A stretch of 32,000 nt of DNA from an archaeon (lineage in GTDB: Archaea > Iainarchaeota > Iainarchaeia > Iainarchaeales > 1-14-0-10-31-34): NCBI GenBank assembly GCA_024277355.1, contig JAJRVL010000001.1:60001-92000 (forward strand). The letters run 5' to 3'. The notes beneath the pieces are model-generated. The model did not search any database and was not told the DNA's origin. It worked only from the letters and a program-made list of their open reading frames with translations. Position 1 is the first letter of the stretch; each line of letters starts with the position of its first letter. This document shows positions 8,402 through 16,252 of this stretch, piece after piece. The translations under genes and the position numbers were made by a program.

Positions 8402-9097
8402 TTATTTTCCAAATCTTCTTTCCCTTTCATCAAATTCAGTTACTGCTTTATTTAAATCCTGTTTAGAAAATTCAGGCCAAAAACTGTCTGAAAAATATAA
8501 TTCAGAATAAGAACTCTGATAAGTTAAAAAACCTGAAAGTCTTTGTGTTCCTGAAGTCCTGATAATTAAGTCAGGATTAGAAAAATCTGAATACAAGTAT
8601 TTTTTGAATGAATTTTCATTTAATGAATTTAAGTCAAGTTTATGTTCATTGAAATCTAATGCAATTTTTTTTGCTGCGTCAACTATTTCAGTTTGCCCAT
8701 TATAACCTAAAGCTAAATTAATTGTTTTGCTTTTATTGTTTTCAGTGAACTCTTCTGCTTTAGCAATTTTTTGTTTTAGTTTTTCAGGCAAAGAATTAAT
8801 TTTTCCAATAAATTTAAGTTTAAGGTCATCAACTGAAAATAATTCAGATTTAATTACTCTATCTAATTCTCTTTCAAAAACAGAAAAAAGAATTTTTAAT
8901 TCCAGTTTATTTCTTGAAAGGTTTTCTAAAGACAAAGTATAAAAAGTTCCAGTTTTTATTTTAGGGTATTGATTAAGCCAGCTCATTACTTCCCATGCTT
9001 TTTTTGTTCCAGTCTGATATGACTGAAGCAATGAAATACCTGCTTTAGCTGCGTATCTTCGGTTTCCATCTGGAATAAAAGCAACAGAATTTAACAT
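8402..9097 (-). CDS. uppS: Undecaprenyl/dehydrodolichyl diphosphate synthase (cis-prenyltransferase)
   Basis: Motifs read: FIPDGNRRYA, LIIRTSGTQRLSGFL and a C-terminal ERRFG. Length 231 aa. Confidence 0.9.
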   Translation of the reverse strand: MLNSVAFIPDGNRRYAAKAGISLLQSYQTGTKKAWEVMSWLNQYPKIKTGTFYTLSLENLSRNKLELKILFSVFERELDRVIKSELFSVDDLKLKFIGKINSLPEKLKQKIAKAEEFTENNKSKTINLALGYNGQTEIVDAAKKIALDFNEHKLDLNSLNENSFKKYLYSDFSNPDLIIRTSGTQRLSGFLTYQSSYSELYFSDSFWPEFSKQDLNKAVTEFDERERRFGK

Positions 9098-9223
9098 TAA
9101 ATCATCCTATAAATTATGGGTTAATTAACTATTTTAATTGAAAAACATTTTAAATGATTATTATTTGTTTTTCTATAATTTAAACCTATCTATTTATATT
9201 AACCAAAAAACTAAAAATATTGC

Positions 9224-9445
9224 ATGAAAGAATTAGAAGAAATAGACGAAAAACAGACAAGAAAAATGATTAAAAAATTAGAGAACTTGATTGTTTCAAG
9301 AGAAGAAATGCATAAACTCAGACAGCAGGCAGGAAAACTTAAAGCTATTGATTCAAAAGAAAAACTTTATTCTCAGGCAGAAAAAATAAAACACCAGATT
9401 GAAGACTTAAAAGTACCAAGTCTTGAAGCATTAGAAGAAGATTAA
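9224..9445 (+). CDS. Small coiled-coil protein, unknown function
   Basis: A 73-aa charged heptad-like sequence. Its stop lies 1 nt before the start of the next gene, suggesting coupling. Confidence 0.45.
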   Translation: MKELEEIDEKQTRKMIKKLENLIVSREEMHKLRQQAGKLKAIDSKEKLYSQAEKIKHQIEDLKVPSLEALEED

Positions 9446-9446
9446 A

Positions 9447-9797
9447 ATGCTTTATAATAAAACTACAAAACAAAAAATAACTGAAAAAATAAAAATAGCT
9501 GATTCTTTCTGGAAAAAATTTAAAGGACTAATGTTTTCAAGTGAACCAGATTATGCTTTAATTTTTGAATTAGAAAAAGAAGGAAAATTAAATGCAAGCA
9601 TCCATATGCTGTTTGTTTTTTATGCAATTGATGTAGTTTATTTAGATTCAAACAAAAAAGTTGTTGATATTAAACTTAATTTAAAGCCTTGGGCATTAAA
9701 TTATACTCCAAAAAAACCTTCAAAATATTTTATTGAATTTTTAGCTGGAACAATCAAAGAAAAAATTGCATTAAATGACGAATTAAATTGGAGTTAA
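9447..9797 (+). CDS. DUF192 family protein
   Basis: The pattern KFKGLMF...ALIFEL...IHMLFVFYAIDVVYLDSNKKVVDI matches the DUF192 core (GLM...M...IDxxFLD...V). Recognition by eye. Confidence 0.6.
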   Translation: MLYNKTTKQKITEKIKIADSFWKKFKGLMFSSEPDYALIFELEKEGKLNASIHMLFVFYAIDVVYLDSNKKVVDIKLNLKPWALNYTPKKPSKYFIEFLAGTIKEKIALNDELNWS

Positions 9798-9805
9798 AAA
9801 AGAAA

Positions 9806-9845
9806 GAGGAAAGTTTAGAACTTTCCTCCTTTGCCTTTTGTTGTC
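9806..9845 (+). terminator. Perfect 10-bp hairpin (GAGGAAAGTT-tag-AACTTTCCTC) followed by a T-rich tract
   Basis: Read directly at 9806-9828. The T-rich tail CTTTGCCTTTTGTTGT follows. It lies 9 nt after the DUF192 stop codon. Confidence 0.35.
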
Positions 9846-9968
9846 TTCCTTTGCAGAATCCGGGGCGATATACCCGCCAATAATAAGACTTTTTTATTTA
9901 ATAATCTTTCGTTGTTTGAAATTCAAACAAAAAATAACAAAAAAACAGGGGTTTCCTAAGAATAACTG

Positions 9969-10355
9969 TTATTCTGCTTCAGGTTGGGGATCAAAAGCAC
10001 CAAAAGTAGCACTAATAAAATGCCATACCAATATTGCATATAAAACATAAATAATTAAATAAAAGAAAGGGCTTGACAATCCAAATAAAGCTGCAATACC
10101 AATAAATAAGATAAGAGCAGGAGTTGAAGCAAAAAATTTTACTCCGGTAAGCAAATCCCAGCAAAAAACAAGAATAATTGAAACAAAAAAATTGTCAATA
10201 AACTTAAATATTAAAAGAAAACCAACAATTACTGCAAGCCAGTAAAATCTTTTTCCTTTACTCATAACAATAGTAAGCAAAATAATTATCCAGAAAAGAA
10301 TCCAAATCCAAATATTAAATACTTCAAGGAAACCGGCAAAAACCTGTGAAACCAT
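9969..10355 (-). CDS. Four-TM small membrane protein, paralog A of the pair flanking the Tad-like module
   Basis: 128 aa. Shares KG...LLI..F(I/V)(D/Q)(N/D)FF(V/L)S...GVK(F/Y)F...S(S/N)PFFY...VLY.I with the ORF at 13589-13972. T-runs (CCCCTGTTTTTTTGTTATTTTTTG on the minus strand) follow its stop. Confidence 0.6.
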   Translation of the reverse strand: MVSQVFAGFLEVFNIWIWILFWIIILLTIVMSKGKRFYWLAVIVGFLLIFKFIDNFFVSIILVFCWDLLTGVKFFASTPALILFIGIAALFGLSSPFFYLIIYVLYAILVWHFISATFGAFDPQPEAE

Positions 10356-10446
10356 AAAAAATACTTATACATAAAAGTTTTTAAAGTGTTTTTTAGGGAA
10401 TTGACGAAGGAAATCAGTTTTAATAATATTATTTTTGAATTTTTGA

Positions 10447-11874
10447 ATGAAATACAAAAGTGAAGAAAAATTAGGTTTTACATTAAAGAATTTTCCTGAA
10501 AAAAGAAAAAAAAGAATAATAGAAAAAAAGGATTATATTGAATTAATTCAGGATTTTAACGGGGAATTAATTTATTTAATTACTGTTATTCCGGAATTTT
10601 CTATTGAAGAAACAGAAATAATTAACAGAATTGTTGAACAAATACAAAAAAAAGAAAATAAAATAAATAAAGATGATATTCAAAGAGAAATAAATTTTTT
10701 TTGTGAAAAAGAATGGATTAAATTAGAAGAAAAACAAGAGTATTTTATTAATAAAACAGTTGAATCAATTGTTTTTGGTTTCGGAGCAATTGATTTTTTA
10801 TTAAAAGATAATTCCATTGAAGAAATAAGTGTAATTGGAACAAAAAAACCAGTTTTTGTTTTCAAAAAAAATTTCGGCTGGATTAAAACAAATTTATTTT
10901 ATTTTTTAGAAGAAAACATAATTAATTTAGCAAACAAAATGTCAAGGACAATTGGAAGAAGATTAACTTTACAGAATCCTAAATTAAATTCAGTTCTTCC
11001 AAACGGAGAAAGAATTAATGCAGTAATGCCTCCTGTTTCTTCTTCTCCTGCTATAACAATAAGAAAATTCAAAGAAAAGCCTTTTACGCCTGTTGAATTA
11101 ATTGAAAACAAGACTTTTAATTCAGAGTTAATGAGTTTTTTGTGGTTAGCTTTGCAGACTGATTCAAGTATTTTAATTGCAGGAAATACAGGAAGCGGAA
11201 AAACAACTTCAATGAATGCATTATTTTCTTTTGTTGATAAAAAAGAAAGAATTATTGTAACAGAAGAAACACCTGAAATTGTTTTGCCGCAAAAACATGT
11301 AATTAAACTTGCTACATCCGACAATCTTGGAACAGGAATGCAGGAATTAATTATTAATACTTTAAGAATGAGGCCTGACAGAATTATTGTCGGAGAAATA
11401 AGAGAAAAAAAAGAAGCAAAAGCATTTATTGACACTTTACTTGCAGGACAAGGAAAAGGAAGTTATGCTACTTTTCATGCATTAACAGGAAACGAATGCA
11501 TTACAAGAATGAAGAATTTAGGTTTAATGGAAATGGATTTGAATTCAATTGACTTAATTTTAGTGCAAAAAAGATGGAATTCAATTGACTTAAAAAAAGG
11601 AATAAAAAAAGAGCAAAGACATTTAATTGAAGCAAGCGAAACACTGAATTACAAAGGAAAAGTAATGCTTAACACTTTATTTGAATTTGATTTTCAGAAA
11701 AGAAAACTAATTAAAAAAAATGAAAGTTTAAGAGTTAAAAACAAAATAAAACAATGTTTTTCATTTAATGAAAAAGAATACAAAAATGAAATAAAAAAAA
11801 GAAAAAAACTTCTTGAACAAATGAAAGGCAAAAATATTTCATTAAATGAATTCCATGAAAAAATTAGTTTTTAG
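10447..11874 (+). CDS. Type II/IV secretion-family ATPase (TadA/CpaF/VirB11-like)
   Basis: Walker A AGNTGSGKTT. The motif LRMRPDRIIVGEIREKKEA is present. A degenerate His-box is present (AGQGKGSYATFHA). 475 aa. Confidence 0.9.
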   Translation: MKYKSEEKLGFTLKNFPEKRKKRIIEKKDYIELIQDFNGELIYLITVIPEFSIEETEIINRIVEQIQKKENKINKDDIQREINFFCEKEWIKLEEKQEYFINKTVESIVFGFGAIDFLLKDNSIEEISVIGTKKPVFVFKKNFGWIKTNLFYFLEENIINLANKMSRTIGRRLTLQNPKLNSVLPNGERINAVMPPVSSSPAITIRKFKEKPFTPVELIENKTFNSELMSFLWLALQTDSSILIAGNTGSGKTTSMNALFSFVDKKERIIVTEETPEIVLPQKHVIKLATSDNLGTGMQELIINTLRMRPDRIIVGEIREKKEAKAFIDTLLAGQGKGSYATFHALTGNECITRMKNLGLMEMDLNSIDLILVQKRWNSIDLKKGIKKEQRHLIEASETLNYKGKVMLNTLFEFDFQKRKLIKKNESLRVKNKIKQCFSFNEKEYKNEIKKRKKLLEQMKGKNISLNEFHEKISF

Positions 11875-12668
11875 TGAAAAAAATGAATGCAATTGTTTTA
11901 GCAAAAGAAAAAGAACTAAAAAAAGCAGGAATTGATTTAACAGAAAAAGAATTCAGTGAAAAAGCATTAAAATATTCACTTGTTTTTTCTGCTGTGTCAA
12001 TAATCAGTGTTTTTGCTTTAACTGAAATAATTACTGCTTTAATTTCAGGAATAATTGCTTTTGTTTCAGGCATTTTAATTTCAGTTAAAATTCCTTTAAT
12101 AATTAAAAAAAGAAAAGCAAAAAAAGTTGAAAAACACTTAGCTTTTGCGTTAATGGCAATGTCAGTTGAATTAAATATTAATCTGTCTTTTGAAAAAATA
12201 CTGAAAAATCTTTCAGAAAATTACGGTGAATTTTCTTTTGAAATAAAAAAAGCAGTAAAAGAAATTGAATCAGGAGCAACAATACAGGAAGGATTATTTA
12301 ATTTAAGCGAAAGAATTGACTCAAAAATGCTGAAAAGAAGCATTTCTCAAATAATAAGCATTTATGAGCATGGTTCAGAAGAAAAAGGAGAACCAATAAA
12401 ACAATTAGCTAAAGAACTTCTTTCAAGACAGAAAACTGAAGCAAAAGAATTTACTGCAAAAATGATAATGTATTCAGTTGTATTTATTGTTTTATCTGCA
12501 ATAATTCCTGCAATGTTTCAGGCATTTATAATTATTGGAAGCAGTTTTATGGAATTAGATTTTAAGGCACTTGATATTCTGCTTATTACAACAATTCTTT
12601 TTCCTTTGATTAATTTAATAGTTTTATTTATGATAAGAAACCAGACTCCTGAATTCTTAAAGGGATGA
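11874..12668 (+). CDS. T2SS-F-domain platform protein, TadB-like half
   Basis: N-terminal and C-terminal TM segments flank one cytoplasmic helical domain (LAFALMAMSVELNINLSFEKIL...GATIQEGL...). The GTG start overlaps the ATPase stop by 1 nt; the alternative ATG is at 11883. Confidence 0.7.
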   Translation: MKKMNAIVLAKEKELKKAGIDLTEKEFSEKALKYSLVFSAVSIISVFALTEIITALISGIIAFVSGILISVKIPLIIKKRKAKKVEKHLAFALMAMSVELNINLSFEKILKNLSENYGEFSFEIKKAVKEIESGATIQEGLFNLSERIDSKMLKRSISQIISIYEHGSEEKGEPIKQLAKELLSRQKTEAKEFTAKMIMYSVVFIVLSAIIPAMFQAFIIIGSSFMELDFKALDILLITTILFPLINLIVLFMIRNQTPEFLKG

Positions 12669-13585
12669 AAATGAAGGAAGAAATATTAAATGAAGTTTTA
12701 GGGGAAAAACTAACTGAATTTAATTTTATTTTAAAAGAAAATAATTCAAAGAAAACAGCAGAAGAGTTAATTAAATTATATTTTGTTTCAGGACTTTCTT
12801 TTGCAATTCTTTCAATCGGGGTTTCTTTTGTTTTTGAATTTAATTCAGTTAATTCATTTATTTTTTTTGTTTTGTGTTTTGTTTTGCCGGGGTTGCTTCA
12901 TTATTTTTTCTATATATTCTTGTTTGAAAAAAACAAAAAAGAAAAAGAAAAAGAAATTCCTGATGTACTGCTTCAGGCAGGCATTTTTCCTAAAGGCACT
13001 TCAATACTAAAAATAATAAAATATATTTCTCAGTCAGATTATGCTGTTTCAAAAGAATTCAATAAAGCATTAAATGAAATACAAAAAGGAAAAAGCACTG
13101 AAAATGCATTAAAAGGAATAAGTTTCAGATGTAAAAGCGAAATAATTTCAAGAGCAATAAATCTGTTAATTCAGGGAAATAAATCAGGAGCAGAAATGAA
13201 TAAAGTTTTCAGGGAAACCGCAGAAGACATTCTTGAAACACAATCAATAATAAAAGAAAGAATTGCTTCAACTTTAATACAAAAATACACTTTGGTTTTA
13301 GCAGGAGGAATAATTGTTCCTGCATTGCTTGGATTAATTACAGGTTTTATTAATGAAATGAACTTTATAGGAATAAGTGAATTAGGATTAGGAATGAATT
13401 CAATTGAAAGACAAAAAATAATTGAAGTTTCATTTAATGCAAATCAAATTTATATTTTAGAGTATGCGGTTATTGCTTCAGTTTTTATTGCACAGCAGGA
13501 AGGCAACACAAAAAAAGCATTAGTTTATTCTTTAATTTTAATTCCTTTAGGAATCATTTGCTATAATTTTGCATTGCTTTTGTAA
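12665..13585 (+). CDS. T2SS-F-domain platform protein, TadC-like half
   Basis: ATGA overlap with the upstream gene. One T2SS-F-like domain (IPDVLLQAGIFPKG...GKSTENALKGI...LIQGNKSGAEM) lies between TM segments. Confidence 0.7.
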   Translation: MKMKEEILNEVLGEKLTEFNFILKENNSKKTAEELIKLYFVSGLSFAILSIGVSFVFEFNSVNSFIFFVLCFVLPGLLHYFFYIFLFEKNKKEKEKEIPDVLLQAGIFPKGTSILKIIKYISQSDYAVSKEFNKALNEIQKGKSTENALKGISFRCKSEIISRAINLLIQGNKSGAEMNKVFRETAEDILETQSIIKERIASTLIQKYTLVLAGGIIVPALLGLITGFINEMNFIGISELGLGMNSIERQKIIEVSFNANQIYILEYAVIASVFIAQQEGNTKKALVYSLILIPLGIICYNFALLL

Positions 13586-13588
13586 GCA

Positions 13589-13972
13589 TTATGTTTTTAG
13601 TTTTGAAAAACTTGATAAAATAAAATTAGATAAAGTAATAATATAAAGAACAAATGCAAGCATATAAAAAAATGGATTAGAGTAATCCAAAAAAAACATT
13701 ATTATGAAAAGTATGTAAAGAATTTCTTTTGAAACAAAATATTTTACTCCAATAAAAACAAACCAGATTGTAATTAAAGTAGTTGAAAGAAAAAAATCCT
13801 GAACAAAATGTAAAATCAATAAATAGCCTGCAAGAACTACAATGAAATGAATTCTTTCCATTCCTTTAGTTGTAAAAAAATTTATTGCAATTGCAGCATA
13901 AACCAAAAACTGCACAATTAATTTAAATCCTTCTAAAGCCAGTTCAAATAATTCAGTCATAAAAAAAAACAC
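13589..13972 (-). CDS. Four-TM small membrane protein, paralog B of the pair flanking the Tad-like module
   Basis: 127 aa and colinear with the ORF at 9969-10355, with roughly one third of positions identical by eye. Shared blocks include GVKYF and SNPFFYMLAFVLYII. Confidence 0.6.
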   Translation of the reverse strand: MFFFMTELFELALEGFKLIVQFLVYAAIAINFFTTKGMERIHFIVVLAGYLLILHFVQDFFLSTTLITIWFVFIGVKYFVSKEILYILFIIMFFLDYSNPFFYMLAFVLYIITLSNFILSSFSKLKT

Positions 13973-13986
13973 TAACCTAATTTAGA

Positions 13987-14637
13987 TTAATCTTTCAAAA
14001 CCCCGAGTATTTTACTGATGTTTTTTAAGTCCCTTAAATTAATCTGTTTCATTATCTTTAACGCAGTTTTTTGTTCTTGAGTAAGTTTTCTTGATTTTTC
14101 TTTTTCTATTTTTTTAAGCAGAAACAATTCATCTGCAAGAATATCTCCAAATTGCCTAAATATGTTTTTTTCAATCGATTTTCTTGGATGATTAATTAAA
14201 AGTTTCTGAATTTTCTTTTTTGAAGCTCTAATTGAATTATCTAATTCAATTAATTCAGGTTCAAGAGACAAAATATGCCTTCTATTTTGTGCAAATTTTT
14301 CTACATAATCTTCAATTAGAAATAGTTTTTTAGCGTCAACTGCTTTCATTCTTCTGATTACTTCCTTTTTTAGTTCAACTGAAGTGAATTTTCTTTTATT
14401 TTTTGGGGATTTAAATTCAGGGTAAAACTGAAGCAATGTATTAAAAAGAATTTCAGACGAAGCAGTTGAACCAGGAAACCACGAACCCATAACTTGATTA
14501 ATTTCTAACGTTGTTCTTTTTAGGTCAGCCCATCTTCCCATTTTTTTAATTAAATTTTTAGATACTTTTTTCGAAGTTCTTTCTGCAGACTTAGCGCCTC
14601 TTTTTGTATTTGGATTTTTCCAGATTCTTTTAACCAT
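13987..14637 (-). CDS. Basic lysine-rich protein, unknown function
   Basis: A long ORF with coding-like composition. The antisense frame looks like a Phe-rich artefact. No motif recognised. Confidence 0.5.
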   Translation of the reverse strand: MVKRIWKNPNTKRGAKSAERTSKKVSKNLIKKMGRWADLKRTTLEINQVMGSWFPGSTASSEILFNTLLQFYPEFKSPKNKRKFTSVELKKEVIRRMKAVDAKKLFLIEDYVEKFAQNRRHILSLEPELIELDNSIRASKKKIQKLLINHPRKSIEKNIFRQFGDILADELFLLKKIEKEKSRKLTQEQKTALKIMKQINLRDLKNISKILGVLKD

Positions 14638-14744
14638 AACAAACTACAAAATAATGTCTTTTTCAATATTTAAAAATATCAGAAACAAAAAAAAACATAA
14701 TTTAATAAACACTAATACTCTTTTTTATCTGAAAAGGTGAAATT

Positions 14745-15491
14745 ATGAGTAATGATTCTAAAATTGAATTTAAAGAAAATACTCCTGTAAATTTTTCAGG
14801 TTATACTTTAATTGAAGGATTTCCAGGAATGGGCTTAGTTGGAACTATTGGCGCAAAATATTTAGCAGAAAAATTAGGTTTTGAAGAAATAGGTTATATT
14901 GACACAAATATTTTTATTCCAATAATAAGAATCCATAAAGGCGTACCAATCAACCCTTCAAGAATTTATGCAAACAAAGAAAAAAAATTAGCTATAATTA
15001 TTTCTGAACAGATTATTCCAAGATATTACACTGAAAGAATGGCTAAAGCAATAGTTGAATGGATTGAAGAAAACAATTTTGCAAAATTAATTTCATTAGA
15101 AGGAATTAATGCAGGCGAAAAAGGACAAAATAAAATTTATGGAATAGCTTCAAATAAAAAATCACTTGAATTACTGGAAAAATATAAAGTTCAGCCAATA
15201 AAAGAAGGAATAACAACAGGAATAACTTCATTGATTTTACTGGAACTTAAAAAAAATGAAAACTTTGAAGCAATAAGTTTATTAGGAAATGTTAATTTGC
15301 AGGCAGACTATAAGTCAGCTGCAGCAATAATAAAAAAAATAGCTGAAATAATTTCAGTTGAAATTGATACAGCTCCATTATTAACTGAAGCAAAAAAAAC
15401 AGAAAAAGAATTATTAAACCATTTACAGCAACTCAAAAAAACAGTTGGAAAAGTAGACAAATTTGAAGGCCAAACCCCAATGTACACATAA
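14745..15491 (+). CDS. PAC2-family proteasome assembly chaperone (PbaA/PbaB-like) with a C-terminal HbYX tail
   Basis: N-terminal LIEGFPGMGLVGTIGAKYL is typical of the PAC2 family. The C-terminus is ...TPMYT (hydrophobic-Tyr-X). A strong SD (AAGGTGA) lies 5 nt upstream of the ATG. Confidence 0.8.
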   Translation: MSNDSKIEFKENTPVNFSGYTLIEGFPGMGLVGTIGAKYLAEKLGFEEIGYIDTNIFIPIIRIHKGVPINPSRIYANKEKKLAIIISEQIIPRYYTERMAKAIVEWIEENNFAKLISLEGINAGEKGQNKIYGIASNKKSLELLEKYKVQPIKEGITTGITSLILLELKKNENFEAISLLGNVNLQADYKSAAAIIKKIAEIISVEIDTAPLLTEAKKTEKELLNHLQQLKKTVGKVDKFEGQTPMYT

Positions 15492-15532
15492 AATTAATAA
15501 AAACAAAAGGACTAATTAAATCAGGGAAAAAT

Positions 15533-16252
15533 ATGTCTGGACATGGACCTGCAAAAAGAAAAATTCCAATAGCATACGAAAAAAGAAAAAAAACTTCAAT
15601 GAAAAAAATCTTTGAAGAAGAACTGCTTAAACACCAGCAAAAAAAAGCAGCAGAAAAAGAATCAAATATAAGGCAGGAAATAAAACAAACTTTAAGCAAT
15701 ATTGATGCATTAAATGAAGCAATAAAATTCAGGAAATTTGTAATGCTAAGCCAGAATAATAAAGCATTTAGAAAGCAAATGGGGTTATATACTTTAAAAG
15801 AAATAGAAAAACTGAAAAAGAATCCAACAGCATATAAAGAAGCAAAAGCAGAAGCAAAAAAAGCAAATGAAAAATGGAAAAACAATGATTCAGCTTTTAT
15901 GAAAAAATGGGAAACAGAAGCAAAAATAATTGAAAGAAAATTCCCTGCAATGAAAAGAAAAATGAATGCAGATATTCACGGTGGAAAATTAGATACAATT
16001 ATTGAAAAATTAATGAAAGCAACAGGGTGGCAATTAATTACAAGAGACAATGCAGTCAAAGAAGGGCTTCCGTTTAATTTTGGCATACTAAAAGAAGTTC
16101 CGCCTTTATTTGCACAATATCGGGAATGGAAAGGAATAAACAAATGGCAGGATAAAGCAAACGACGAAATAATTTTAAATCGAATGAAAGGAAAACTTGA
16201 ATATTACAAAGAACAAAAAAAGAAAAGAAAAAGTTCAGCTGAAAGATTTTAA
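15533..16252 (+). CDS. Lysine-rich basic protein, unknown function
   Basis: A 239-aa ORF. Its stop codon overlaps the stop of the convergent 1508-aa gene. No motif recognised. Confidence 0.5.
   Translation: MSGHGPAKRKIPIAYEKRKKTSMKKIFEEELLKHQQKKAAEKESNIRQEIKQTLSNIDALNEAIKFRKFVMLSQNNKAFRKQMGLYTLKEIEKLKKNPTAYKEAKAEAKKANEKWKNNDSAFMKKWETEAKIIERKFPAMKRKMNADIHGGKLDTIIEKLMKATGWQLITRDNAVKEGLPFNFGILKEVPPLFAQYREWKGINKWQDKANDEIILNRMKGKLEYYKEQKKKRKSSAERF

Noticed and set aside
9855-9885. GC-rich patch CCGGGGCGATATACCCGCC between two convergent genes, considered as a hairpin or small RNA
   Set aside because: Only a 4-bp stem can be drawn. It is too short and weak to call, and is more likely part of the convergent terminator region.
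9914-9928. Palindrome GTTTGAA-A-TTCAAAC
   Set aside because: A 7-bp arm with a 1-nt spacer cannot form a hairpin loop. In AT-rich DNA a single 15-nt palindrome with no second copy is not convincing as an operator.
9838-10050. 70-aa plus-strand ORF spanning the intergenic region and the 3' end of the 128-aa membrane gene
   Set aside because: It begins in terminator-like, T-rich intergenic DNA, overlaps a better-supported gene on the other strand and has no SD or TATA context.
10899-11435. 178-aa minus-strand ORF inside the Tad-like ATPase gene
   Set aside because: The plus-strand frame carries unambiguous Walker A and GEIR motifs. The antisense frame has no motif and is an open-frame by-product of AT-rich sequence.
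12783-13010. 75-aa plus-strand ORF nested out of frame in the TadC-like gene
   Set aside because: It falls inside a well-supported longer ORF. Its composition (Phe/Leu/Cys) is typical of an off-frame reading of AT-rich sequence.
15433-15885. 150-aa minus-strand ORF antisense to the 239-aa Lys-rich gene
   Set aside because: Same antisense artefact of A-rich codons. It overlaps the 3' end of the PAC2 gene and the intergenic promoter region.
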